Positions 1 through 12,356 of a DNA stretch of 64,000 nt are shown here, in pieces. Location of the stretch: assembly GCA_023920165.1 (NCBI GenBank), contig CP089278.1:868001-932000 (forward strand), in the 5' to 3' direction. The DNA comes from Curvularia clavata. Taxonomy: Eukaryota. How positions within the stretch are numbered: the first letter of the stretch is position 1; every line of letters begins with the position of its first letter. Below the pieces are notes generated by a model. The model was not told the origin of the DNA and ran no database searches. It worked only from the letters and a program-made list of their open reading frames with translations. Position numbers and translations under genes: made by a program.

Positions 1-289
1 CACTGTACGTGGTAAGGGCAGGCTGTTCAGGTTATTGTATCAGAAATTTGAGAAGCAATACGCCTGATTTTGCACGTGTGACTAAGTCTGGGTCTGTGGT
101 TGAGTCTGAGTCTGAGACTCTGTCTGAGACTGCTGCTTCATCTTGCAAGTACCCTGTAGCTGCTAGCTGTACAAACAATGTTAAAAGCGCACACTGCCCA
201 ACTGAGATTGAATGCACACACTTCCAGCATCTCTCTCATCTTGTTATTCTGGTTTCGCAATCCCCATCGTATTTCCCCAACGCACCAAC

Positions 290-1084
290 ATGACCGAAGC
301 AGCTGGTCTGGCAGTCAGTGCCGTTGCCCTCGCTAGTCTTTTCAACAATACCATCGAATGTTTCGAATTTGTCCAGCTCGGCTGTACATTTGGAAAGAGC
401 TTCCAGACCAGTCAACTTAAGCTCGATAACGCAAGGCTCCGCTTATCCCGATGGGGCAAGTCCCTGGGTCTGGATGATCAGGATGTTCGAGAATCGACAT
501 CGCTCAAGAGAAATCTTGCCTCAAAAGAAAATGTCGGCCAGGCTGAGGCGCTGCTGGGTCAGATTGTAGAGCTGTTCGTGGAAGCGGAAGGAGTGTCGGA
601 GAAATATAAGAGTCGGAAAGCGCCTCAAGGCAGCTTGGCGGTGTACAACCCTCAGACTGACTTAGACCCGTCTGGAGCCAAACTTCATGAGAAGATGCGT
701 CAGCTATCTATCGAGCGTCAGAATTGTTCAGGTATAAGGAAAAAGGCAAAGTGGGCATTGTACCAGGAAAAGCAGTTTCGCCGGCTGATTGAGGATATCA
801 CGGACTTGGTCGACGGATTGGAAAATCTCTTTCCCGCTGCTCAGCCTTCTCGGCGTCAGCTCTGTGACGCTGAAGTATCTATCCTTGAGGAAGGCCTGGA
901 AGGCGAAGCCATGTCGGTGTTGAAAGACATCACCGCTGCCCAGGACAAATTATTGGAGCAGGCTATCACGGAGAGTGGTGCAAAATCATACCATATTGCT
1001 TTTTCTGGTAATGGTAACTGTGGTTTTCAGCTAGGCCACAACTCTGGTACGATTTCCGGCATCACCTTTGGAAGAGATAGTTGA
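290..1084 (+). CDS. HeLo-domain (HET-S-like) cell-death effector with C-terminal PP-type amyloid signalling motif (HELLP-like architecture), 264 aa, single exon
   Basis: ATG at 290. N-terminus MTEAAGLAVSAVALASLFNNTIECFEFVQLGCTFGKSFQTSQLKLDNARLRLSRWG aligns without gaps to the HET-s/HET-S N-terminus as I recall it (LFNNCVDCFEYVQLGR.FG...LRLDIAKARLSRWG). The HeLo motif KAKWALY..KQFRRLIEDITDLVDGLE is present. C-terminus is FSGNGNCGFQLGHNSGTISGITFG. Confidence 0.92.
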   Translation: MTEAAGLAVSAVALASLFNNTIECFEFVQLGCTFGKSFQTSQLKLDNARLRLSRWGKSLGLDDQDVRESTSLKRNLASKENVGQAEALLGQIVELFVEAEGVSEKYKSRKAPQGSLAVYNPQTDLDPSGAKLHEKMRQLSIERQNCSGIRKKAKWALYQEKQFRRLIEDITDLVDGLENLFPAAQPSRRQLCDAEVSILEEGLEGEAMSVLKDITAAQDKLLEQAITESGAKSYHIAFSGNGNCGFQLGHNSGTISGITFGRDS

Positions 1085-1289
1085 AGCTGGTCAAGCATTG
1101 TCATAGATACAATTCGTTTTCAGTCATGATTTGGCTGTTCGTCGATACAGTTCGATACCTGTGAAACTAAAGCAATCTAACGGTACATATCCTAAACCCA
1201 GACCAACGCCTTTGATCGCTAAAACGCATGCCAAACCCCTTGATCAATTTTGCCTCAACGCCATCCCATAGTCATCACTGGCGTCTATG

Positions 1290-4200
1290 CTAACTGAACG
1301 TTCCTTGTCTGTTCAGCTCCAAGCCCGCAGGCGCAGTACCGATCCGGTCGGCCAATTCCTTTTCCTGAGCACGAGCTTTCAACTCGTCATCCAGTCCCGT
1401 GCTTCTCTTCCGCAGCGGACTAGTAGCATCAGCTGCGCTGTCGTCGACATCGAGCTCCTTTTCCTTGCGTCTAGCTGTTGCCATGCTAGCGACGCTTGAA
1501 TCATCACCGTCATTCTTCTTTGTACGCTCGCCTTCGCCATTGTGTACCTCAATAGTGACGTCGGTGTTGTCCTTGCTAAAGACACGCAGGCCAACAACAC
1601 AAACCGCATTCCAGGGATCACGCTCAAACTCATCCTCCTCTTCAAAATAAGGGTACCTCATGCCATTGTACCAGACATAGCGTGGTTTGTGCTCGGAGAA
1701 ATCGTTTAGGAAGTCGTCTTTGTCTCCGCAGATGCTAGAGTCAAGCGAGCAGGGGCCATCGATCTCTGAATCCCAGGATGAGTCGTCAGAGGTATCGTTG
1801 AGATATTCAAAGCCGTCTTGAGCCCGGTGAGAGAACTCGCTTGTGCTGAGTCCAGGACTAATCTGGATACCAGGTCGCACACCAGGAATTGGTGTAAGAG
1901 TGGCACGCCGCGATGAAGCCGGAGAGCGGCGCGGGCTATGTGTTCGTTGAGGCTGGAGATCGTCGATCATCGTAGGGGTGGGGGTAGAAAGAGGTGTAGG
2001 AACAGGTGATTCCGTCATTTGGGTCTCATTGTACCCGTCGCGGCCATTGTAACCATCGCGACCTTGATACGCACCGGGAAGCTCTGCGTTGTAACCACCT
2101 CTTCCTTGTAGTTCACCTGGCATATTTTGGTTGTAGCCTCCTCTGCCTTGAAACTCCCCAGGCATGTTCTGGTTGTAACCACCTCTTCCCTGGAATTCTC
2201 CAGGCATGTTCTGATTGTAGCCTCCCCGCCCTTGGAAACCCTGGCTGTGGTGACCAGGCGAGCCTTGTGGACTAGAGTTGTAGCCGCCCCGCCCTTGAAA
2301 GGCGAGTGTTTCAGCCACGCTTGTGCCACTGCTCTCACGGTTGTAGCCACCGCGGCCTTGACGTGCGCAAGGCACAGCAGCATTGTAACCATCTCGGCCC
2401 TTGTTGTAACCACCTCGACCGCCGAAACCACCACTAGCACTGTCTGATCGCTCACGAACAGCACCAGTGCTGGCCGCACGATGATGCCGAGTAACGGCCT
2501 GATGCATGGGCTTCGGTTCCTCTTCGCCAGATATTCTCGCTTCTTCATCAACATTGATACCAAGTCCAGGGAGGTTCTGCAATTTCCTTGCGACTTCTTG
2601 TATCTCACCAGAGCGGTGCAGTCGGCGGTTCTCCTTCTCGGCCTTCTTCTTGTCGCGGAGCTCGTCTCGCTTGCGCATCCTCTTTCGGCGCTCATGTGAG
2701 AGCTTCAACTCAGCCTTCTTGAGTTCAATACGCTCCTGCTTCTCGCGCGCCTGCTTCTCCTTCTCTTGCTCTCTGAACTGACCCTTGGCATGAGAAAGGT
2801 CGTAGGACAGCCCGATAGACAGAAGCTTTTCGCGGCGCTTGGTGCAGGTTGCCCTGATGACCTCATCAGGGGTTGGGTTCTCTGGGACTCTTGTAGCCTT
2901 AATCTTCAGCAAGACGGTATAATTGCCAGCTTCGAGCTCAAGCTCTGTCGAGACGGAGCGCTTCATGTAGTATGTTCCATTGCTGCGGACAATGTACTCC
3001 TCTTCGTCATCTTTATGTAGGCGAAACTGCAGGGAGAACTCATATTGTCCCTCGAGGCCCTGGTAATAGCGATCGTCCAGCTGGCTCAGTACGATGACAA
3101 CAGGTCCACCCTTTGCAAGATGGATCTTGAACTTGGTGTCCAGGTAGTCGACGCTCCAGGGAACGTTCACGCTCGTCCATTGCTGCGAGACCGTCCATTC
3201 TGGACCGAACAGCCTGGTGCGGTCAAGGTGTTGATAGGTGCGCAACAAGTCTTTGTAAGAAATCCAGAAGACACCATCATCGCCAAACTTGTGGTTGAGC
3301 TTCTGCATCCACTCGGGGGTCCACTCTTCGGATCCATCGCTCCAGGCTCCGGTCCATTCAGTTCGGCCCCAGGGGTTGCGCAGCTTCAACAAGCGCTGGC
3401 CGTCTATCTCGCGAGCCTCCATGATAGAGTATGCATGTTTTTCCTGGATGCCTTTTCGTGAGCCATAAATGCCACCCATTTGTCCACATCCAAAAAGGAA
3501 GGTCTTGTTGACATTCATGAGCTCTTCTCGCCAAAACTGGTCCTTGTCGAGGATGTCGGTGGTGAAGACCTCCGATGTAACACCTCCAGTAAGATCTTCG
3601 ATGCCCTCGCCGACGAACCCACCATCAATGGCACTGTAGTCGCCATGGGCTTTGGCAAAGGCCTTCTCCAGGAGAGGAAGCCAGGTCTCATTGGGATCGC
3701 TGCACTGAGCAAAGTACAGCGCTCTTGAGCCGGTCTGCATCACAGCACGGTATTCATCCTCTGGGCTTTTGCGGTTCTGCAACTCCAACCATTGGAGGCG
3801 CTCACGCTTTGCTTCATCAAAGTCCTCTTTGATGAGATACAGTTTGTCGTCGATGACTTCCGAAATCCACTCTCCATCTGTGCCACATTAGCTTACTTCC
3901 AAAGACCTTCCTGCAATGGAGACTTACCTCGGTGGAAAACGAAGCCATATACGCCGACCTTTTCATCGCGAGCGACACAGACTCGTTGGATCAGTCCTTC
4001 TTTGTTCGATATCGTCGCCAACGCTGACATGAACCAACAGTCGCCGTCATTGCCTTGACGTACATCGTTTGCTGTTGCGCCCTCGATGAAGAACTGTGGA
4101 TTGTCGAAAATGTCCTACAACAATCAGTGGGTGGCCTTATGAGGATGCCGAGATACACACCTCTACTCTCTTAACTGACTGAGGGTAAAAATTCGTCTTT

Positions 4201-4652
4201 TCTTCGTTCAATCCGGTCAGGCAGTCGGCCGGCGTATCAGGATAGACCTGAGACCGCTTAAAGTCTGCCTCAATGTCGAAATGAGGGTCACGGTATTTTT
4301 GGTTCAGCCTGCGGCACTCTTTGACGATCTTTGCGACTTTTCTAATGCACGCCTCCTTAGCCTCCTCGTAGGATGCGAGTGCGTTAACGCCGGGGATGGA
4401 TCCTTTGGGCGTATGGGCGGCGGCCCGTTTGGCGTAAAGATTGTCGGGTAATATTGTGAAGATCTTGCCAGGGTGTTTCGTGGTAAACTTATTCCAGAAG
4501 TCGTCTATATTCCTCTGTGGCGCTTGTTTTCTAACGGGTAGCCGCAGGCGCGGCGAAAGTGCCGGTGCTTCCTGTACCATGCTGGGCGCGTGTGAATGTG
4601 AATGTGGTATGGTGATGTTGACGAAGTCGTTGTGTGTGCCGTTCGATGCCAT
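1290..4652 (-). CDS. Calpain-family cysteine protease (peptidase C2) with coiled-coil and low-complexity C-terminal region; 3 exons (4652-4161, 4114-3928, 3877-1290)
   Basis: The spliced translation gives an intact catalytic triad: DVRQGNDGDCWFMSA (Cys), KHAYSI (His), LRNPWG (Asn). WLPLLEKAFAKAHGDY is also present. GT..AG introns at 4160-4115 and 3927-3878 restore the frame. The start Met (MASNG) is inferred. Confidence 0.93.
2028..2420 (-). repeat. Ten GR[G/D]GYN peptide repeats inside the calpain, with a core of 42-bp tandem units (QGRGGYNQNMPGE[F/L])
   Basis: Counted directly in the translation of ORF 1290..3788(-). Confidence 0.9.
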
Positions 4653-7175
4653 GATCAACTTGGCACTAGATCCTGAATGCTCAGGGGCGCTGGCGACACG
4701 GGCTGGGGCGTTGTACCTCCATTGGGGGCTGGGTGATGGCTTATAAAGGTTTGGAGTGGTACATTGCCTTTCAGCCCCCAAACCAAACATCACAAGCTGC
4801 CATGCACGGTGAGGTATTCTAAGAGCTCGTCAGAAAACAAGCGGGGCCATCAGACACAAGGGCGCAGGCGCTGCCACCCTGGCTTACATGCCGCTGCGAA
4901 TCAGCTGCATGCGGCGCTGCCGAACCCATGCACCAACAGGCTCCGCTAGTGACAATGGGCGGAGAAGCAAGTGAGACGGTGATCGGATTAAGCTACATTG
5001 GCCCGATATTCTCAGCCGTACATCCAGACGAGCTGACCGTGAATCTGAAAGCCATGTGGTGATGGAGTTCGACCTTCGTCAGACAGCGCTCATTTCCGAC
5101 CAATGCACGCGGCGAGAATAGCAGCGGGGCGAAACGCTAACCCTTCTGGTGTTCGACTGCCGCACGCCTGACCGACTCATATCCTCCCATGGACGACTAA
5201 AGGAGGCCAGGCAGCTTAGAGAGCGTGCCTCATAGGTAGTTCCCGCTACCACTAGACCGTTAGTGTTATCGGTAGGTACGCGTAGGAACATGCAACGCTA
5301 TCGAGGTCGTCTGAGGCCATGTGTGACCATCCGCGGAAGTTTTTAGGCATGTTCCTCCAACAAGAATCCATCGAGGACCCCCTTGCCAGGCGCACCATTC
5401 CAAGGAGGTTTGCCTGTAGTGAGGCACTGCAGTCCCATACACCTGGCAGTGCATCGTGGTAGCCGCTGACGTCCCGAACCCTGAAGAGGTTGTCGCTCAG
5501 CGGCCCCTCGACTCCGAGCTTTCGGCAATGTCTCATACTTTCCATACTACCGGAGACTATTTTTTTGGATCCTCCCGCCCCTGCATATGTGATGAAACCA
5601 TGCCGTGCTGTCATTCTGAGGGCATCCATGCTGGGCTGAGTAGCGGTAACGACTCCACTGTACTGTTCGGCGAGAGTCGAAAACGGCGAGAACCGACACC
5701 CACCGCAAGGTTTGCGGACCACAGTTCAGACGCATGTCAGCCCTGGTATCCAGCCCTATGAGCGGCGTACTGCACGCTTGCTGCAACCTTACGGCAGGGG
5801 CACACTCTCACCGTATCTTGGACCTATTCAGCCAATCACCGTCCGATAATGGAGAAACTTTCGTGGACGCTGCCCGTTCATCTGGAAGCGAGAGGATGCG
5901 CAGGGGTTGATTGGAAGATGGGCCATCCTCATGCGACCGCCCTGGCGTTCAATGTTAGTCGGTCGGCAACGCTCTTGCATGTGCTTGGAGCGGAGCTGAC
6001 CTCCAAGTAGGCAAGCTAGCAGCGGATGACGCTTCGAATTTCTTGTTACATCTCCTGATGCTGCAGATGCAGACCGACGTCGCCGAATCCTACTCGGTCT
6101 GCACCCGTGGAGAGCAGTGTTTTAGAAGTCAAGAAGTAGCGGTAAACGCTTTGCATGATACAAGATGCAGGATAAATGGGTTGATGTACTCGGTGACCCC
6201 GAAGTCTTTGTAAAGATGTCTGCGTGGCCATACAGTTGAAAGACCAGGGGACAACAAGCATGTGGGGTAGGAGCGACCCAATCAAGCCCACACCAAGCAG
6301 CTTTGTGCCCACACGTGATCATGTACTTACAACTCTAAGATCAGTCAGGCATAGCTTTCTTTGCTAACCAGAAGAGTTCATTGCTATTACACAATCCTCC
6401 GTGATGCCTCAAATATACCCAAACGGCTGTCAATTATGGGAGTATCCACCCGATCTCTTAACACACTTGGACGTTACAAGGAATAATAAACATCAACCAT
6501 AAGCTAGAAAAAACTCGCTATCCGAAAGAGAAGTTAACAATTGGCCAGTGAAGAAAAGCGACTAGGATATAGAACACTCTAGAAAACCCAACACCGTATG
6601 CTGATTTATCTTCAGGTGCTACTACCTTGACTGTCTCTTCAGCAATGAAACTGTGGTTCATTTAACTAGAGTCACGTGTTGAGAAATTCGACAGCAGTTC
6701 ATGCATTATTGTCGGCTTCTAGGGCCTGGACAGGGGGTTTACCCCAATCCAACCTTACCTTTTGTGCATATGGAGCCAGCTTCTGCCCCTAGCATGAATT
6801 GGAACCTGCTGCGAAAAAGAAAAATAATTCGCCCCTAAGCACTCTACACTCCGAATGTTCTTAATATCACAAGAAAATGACCTCTCTTGAATGGCATCAG
6901 CTTCGCATAACGGGAGCAACCAGGTCGCTGTTATGCTGGCATCTGCGCGCAAAAGTACTCAGTTTCACTCGAAGCTTATGGATTTCTTGAGGTTCGGATT
7001 CTACACCTAGTCAAAAATCCAACTGCGATAATAGGGAAGTTCAATCGCTCAGCCATCAGTTTTCTGAAAAGCCGATCAATAAAGGCGCCAAATACTGTGT
7101 CTTCGTCTTCAAAAGTATTTCATTTTCATATTCATTATCTCATCATGTCCTTGACCACTTTTCATCATCCACCCC

Positions 7176-7977
7176 TTACAAAAGTCCCCAAGCCATCACC
7201 GCCGCAAACAGTGCTGTTCCAACTGCCGGGCTAATATGACCCGCCGCACCTGTGGGCTTAGGAGCCTCGCTACCCGTAGAATTACTTCCTGAAGTCTGCG
7301 ACTCGGATTCGATATTTCCAATCTCGGAACCAGAAACGCCAGTGCTATTCTTGCACTGATCGTCCGAGAGAAGTTGGGCAGTCGAGTTGAACATGATATC
7401 CGCGCACTATTCTCATCGTTAGCCTTTCCCTCAATCAAACGAGAGAGAATCATAGTAGCAACTTACATTGTACAGCGCGCTTCCGGAATGACCAAGCTGA
7501 ATAACCTGGACAGTGGCCATAAGACCATTGATCCGCTGATCATCGAAGCCAGAGTAACCAGCAGCCTTGAAACCGGCTTCGAGGTTAGCGCGACCGGTTT
7601 CCTTGAGGCAGAAGATACCGGCGCCGGTCTGGTTGAACATCTCAACGAGGGAGATGTTGAAGTTTGTGGCATTGCTGCCGAGAGCCAGGTTGATGGCTGT
7701 GAGGGCGTGCTCGTGGGAGCCGTTGATCATGGTTGAGCCGCCGGTGACGGGCCATAGGGTACCTGCATATCACTTGAGCTGGTAGTCATTGAGACCACGG
7801 AAAAGTTGACTTACGGTTTGAAGCGTCGGTAGTCTCGTTGACATTGGCGCAGGGATAGATCCATTGACTTGCTGGCGCCTCAAAACTGCTGCCTCGCCAG
7901 AAGGGCTGCAGAAGACGGAAATGCGCATTGGCGCCTGCGACCATTGCCGCGACAGCGAGGAGAGTTTTTGGCATCAT
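7176..7977 (-). CDS. GPI-anchored copper-binding protein of the X325 / BIM1-like (LPMO-like) family; exons 7977-7815, 7762-7467, 7406-7176
   Basis: The signal peptide ...AGANA is followed by mature His1 (HFRLLQPFWRG...YPCA). Also present: a second His in SHEHA, the G.FCL and LYNCADI motifs, an S/T-rich linker and a hydrophobic GPI-signal tail (GAAG...ALFAAVMAWGLL). Both introns have GTAAGT donors and join in frame. Confidence 0.85.
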
Positions 7978-9238
7978 CTTGAAGAAACAGAACGGATTGA
8001 AGAGAAGGTAGTAGGTTTCAATCAGAGGGTGGTGTGAGAGTGGAACAAAGTATGGGAAGCAAAGCTTTATGTACCCACGCGGCGGCCAGGACCTAGACTG
8101 CAGCCACCACCACGACCTTTATACATGAAGCCATCTATACCGCCTTCCCATCCTGATTCACCATTCTTCCCCCAATAACTAGCGGAGAATGCTCACTTCT
8201 TTCCCGCTGCCAAGCAGTCCGGGTGTTTGTTTCCACTCGACCTTTTACAACCACAATGAGGGAACCCGCATCCTGCAAGCCAATCATAGCCAGCTCTAGT
8301 CAGCGAAAGTCTGGACTGCCAAGTAGCGAGCCACTTGTTCTGGGTAGAAGAGGGTTGTGGCGCGAGCTTTAGCTGGCGCCCTGCATACTGATCCCAGAAT
8401 AATGTGCTCAATGAGCAAGTTTTGGTCTTGGCAGAACATGGCCCAGCCGCGCCATATTTCTGAACGTGAAATGCACAATAGGATTCCGAGAAGTAGGCTA
8501 TGAAAACTCGAATGATGCCGCGGGTATTATGAACAGTTAAGGTCGATGTATCAACCGGAGCTGCATTGGTGTTTTGTGCGGTATAGTGACATACTCGCTG
8601 CTCCCGGCTAGCTGGGCGAGCTGGAGTTGGACATCTCGGGTATAGATGCGAGACTGTGTATTATAACAGACCATTCGAGCTGGTAACATGTCTAGTGGCT
8701 ACAAAGAATGGGTACAGAAGTGCTCACAAAAGAAAATTGTGGTAGAAACGTTAATTGCCAGTGAGACCTGAAGCCAGGAGTCGGGACTGTTCACGCTAGG
8801 CCTATTGTGGTAGCCAACGATTATCACGTGCTGCTTGACTTCCGCATTAGCATGTCACGTGAGTTCTAGCACTTACTTTGTGTTGTGAAGTTCGAGTATT
8901 CACCTAGCAGCAACATGCTGCGAACCTGAGCGTCGCGGTGGAATCTTCTTAATCAGCAGCAACGTGGTGGGATATTATAGGGGCTCTCATACTAATACTA
9001 GTCAAAATAGAAAACATTGTCGATTCGATTTTCCATATGCAAGTTCGTATAACAATGACATATATTCGAGCAACCGCAACAGCTAACAGATGGAAGAATA
9101 CCCTTCGACTGTTCAAAGGATATTGAATGAAAAGAGAAACGTCAAGTGGGTATATATACATAATGCATACGCTCAATGCTAGAACGTGCGTTAGAGGCAA
9201 ACGGACAACTTATGCAATATTCATCATCAGCTTTTGGA

Positions 9239-11036
9239 TCAAAACATGCTGCTTTTCTTTTTCTTCAATTTTTCAGCATTGCTCTCGCTCTGGGTTCTGA
9301 GGCCCCAGAAGCTCTTCTTCGCTTTTGCGACCGGCTTCGGCAGACCATTGCTGAAGAAACTGCTCTGGCTCGCTGCCGGTCGGTGCTGAGCTGGTGGCTG
9401 TAAATAGGGGCCCTGCACTTGCACGCGCGGGGGTTGCGGACGTGGAGGTTGTACCGGGCCGGGAACCGGGCGAGATGCTGCTGGATGAGGCCGTTGGTTG
9501 TGCGCTGCGCTTGGTACAGATGGTGCCGAATGATGTTGGGGTCTTGGGGATGGGCGGAATAAGTTTGATTGGTCCCCAAACTGCTTCTTGAGGCGCTCAG
9601 TCTCTTTGTCAACTTCAGCCCTACGCCTCTGCCGTTCCTTCTCTTCTCGCTCTTTTTGCTTCCTTTCCTGTTCGAGAAATTGCAAAGTCTTGCGCTCTTG
9701 CTCTTCTTCCTGCTTCCGACGGGCCTTGCGCTGAGCTTCGGCTTGTCGTTTCTGTTCACGCTCCTCCGCTTCGACCTGTGCTTTGAGACGAGCAGTCTCC
9801 GCTTCAATCTCCCACTGTGACCGCGGGTCCAATCTCGGGCCTGGTTGACGTTGCTGTGAGTGTCGTAGGGGCTGTGCGGGCTGGGTGGGCCGTAGAGACT
9901 GTACCGGGCGCTGTGGCTGTGGGCGCTGACTCGGACCACTTGCACCCGTAGTGAGGGGAGGCAGAGAGGCGCGCTTTGCAGCATTGTTGTTATTCGTGTA
10001 TGAGGGTGGTGGTGGTTGGGAGCTGATGTGTGGGCCTCTAGCATCCGGAAGTGGTGCCTTTTCAGGTAGGTATTGTGAAGACGACGGTGTGTAGGCTGGT
10101 GGCGGCGGGGGTTCTGGTGTCATGACTGGCTTTGTGACGTTTGGTGCTTCGAGAGGAGACGAGCCTTTCCTGGCTCGAAGTCCCCCGCTGTTCTTTCGCG
10201 CACCAGCGCTGCTGATGTGGAACTGTTCGTTCAGGTCGCTAAAGAACAAATCGCGGATGACGGCTGCTCCAAGGAGTAACGTGACTTCGAGGCCTTTGTA
10301 GTCTTCCAGTTCGACGCGGTACAGGTTAGGCTCCATGATGGTCAACTCCTTCAGGCCAGAGAACATGGCGACAGCAATATCGCCTTCTTTACTCTTCTTG
10401 GCCTTCTTGCCTGTGGGGTCGGTTGACTTTCCTACCATGTAGCACGTCATGTCTTTACCCAGCCTGCCCTCCTTTCGCCAAGCAAAGTTGATCCTGGGTG
10501 TATTGATATCAGCGCCGGGGTCGGTCAGGGTACGGTCCAGATCGGAATTGCTCGGGGTCCTGAAGGCGACCTGAGGCAAGCTAAACTCCCAGCTGACAGT
10601 ACTACTCCATTTGGCCGTCGTTTGCGAAACCACCACCCGCATGTCAGGATTGTATAGCTGGATAGCAAACTCGGTAGGGTAAATGGGCTGAGGCGGGGGT
10701 GGGACACCTCCATTTTTGCGAATTTCTTCCTGCGAAAGGGTTGGATGTGTCCATCCTGGCTTGGACATTACTTCGCCATAGAGAATGTCGGGGTTGCGAG
10801 AGTCAAATAGGGCTACTGCGTATGTGTTCTTCGCATTCGGGGCGGTTGGATCGAGATGATGAAGGGCATACTGGGCCTCGGCATCGGAGCCATGCTGGGT
10901 AAAGTAGAAGGATTCCTGATGTTTGATTTTCTCGGTCGAGGGCTTGAGAAAGAAGGCTAGACAGTGTTAGCAGTGCGATGACGATTAGCGGGAGGATCAG
11001 GCTGAGAGTCATACTGGGAAGATTCTCGTCTAACAT
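9239..11036 (-). CDS. Fungal protein of unknown function: globular N-domain, Pro/Gln-rich and coiled-coil C-region, basic KKKKSSMF tail; intron 11014-10957
   Basis: Exon 1 (MLDENLP) splices in frame to TFFLKPS...ALFDSRNPDILYGEV, which runs into the 509-aa ORF 9239..10768. Confidence 0.8.
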
Positions 11037-12356
11037 GGCGGCATAGCGTGCTGGTGGAAGTGCTTGCAGCGATTGACTGTGCCCAAAAAGGTTTTCAGGT
11101 GTGAGGAATCAACAGTGAAGGCTCGACAGCGGTATGGGGGAGGTTATGATTCTGTCGCTCCCATACGCGTCTTCGATGAGGCTGTACGGGCACATCCCTG
11201 CACTTGCGGCGGGAGAACCCCCCAATGACAAACATGAACACGTGCCCCGCCACACAGGCCATCTATTCATAGCACCCATGCCCACACTAGCCGAACACTC
11301 CCCAATCACTGTTCTCAATGCCTCTTTTCTGCCTTTCTCTATCCATACATCCTTGCGAACCCCATCGCATTTGCTGTAGAGCCGCGATGCACTGGCCTGG
11401 CTCTTCCACAGAGGCAAAACTGACGTTTGTGCCGCACATACACGACACACGCAATGCACCGTCGCACAATGTTTCACCACGGCCCATGGCACAGCCGAGC
11501 AGATAGGCCGAAAATCCGTCCAAGCCCCCTCAGCACAGGTCCATCCACATCTGCCTACGCGAGGCAGACTCCATCCATCTCACTCCACATTACTCTTTCG
11601 CTTACGCGGCTTCGCACTGACGACATCCCCCTGCCCCGCCCCGCCAGCCAGGCTAGTCGTCTTTGCAAAGTATTCCTTGTAGATTCTGGAAGGAAATCTA
11701 CCAATGCTATCCAAGAACATGTCCTGGGAGTACGAACTCTATTACACCCAGGTTAGCTGCCGTCACACGTCCCCACAGAAAATCGATTGCTGAATAGTTT
11801 GCACGTCATGAACGATTTGTGCATCTGCGTTCTTACCCACCGTTTTTCCGCGTATTCGCCGAAATGTACCCAGTAAACATCAGCACTACGCCTGGACAAT
11901 TACGAAGCTCTTTGTGTAATTGCATTTTCAGTGCTTGGCAATTCTTGGAAGCCTCACTAAGTCCGTGAAGCATCTATTGTTAAATCAAGGGAAGCCACTG
12001 TCCAAACTCGAAGCTTGTATACATGATATCTAACTTCATTATGATATCATTTCTTCTGTTCGTATTGTATACAAAAGGCATACGTTTCTAAGCTAATAGT
12101 AACTGTCGAGTATAAGCATCTAAAGATTTTCAGTAATTAGTTGGTGTTCAGGCTTACAAAGCAAAATCCTTCAAGCAACTTCATAGTTTTGGAAGTAATT
12201 TTGGTTGGTGCTGAGTCACATTGTTTTTTCAACAGGATGCGGGGTAAGCAAGTAGTATTACCCAAGGATATAAAACGAACTTGACGCCATGATCCATTTC
12301 CAAACAATACAATAAGTTCTCGATCTAAGAACAAGGTAAAAGCAGTATACCTTGGC

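Noticed and set aside
1..289. Searched for a divergent PP-bearing NLR start upstream of the HeLo gene
   Set aside because: No NxGxQxGxN-coding frame was seen; only short TCTGAG repeats in a probable promoter.
5000..5090. GGGAGTTCGACC resembling a tRNA T-loop
   Set aside because: I could not build a proper T-stem, acceptor stem or anticodon arm.
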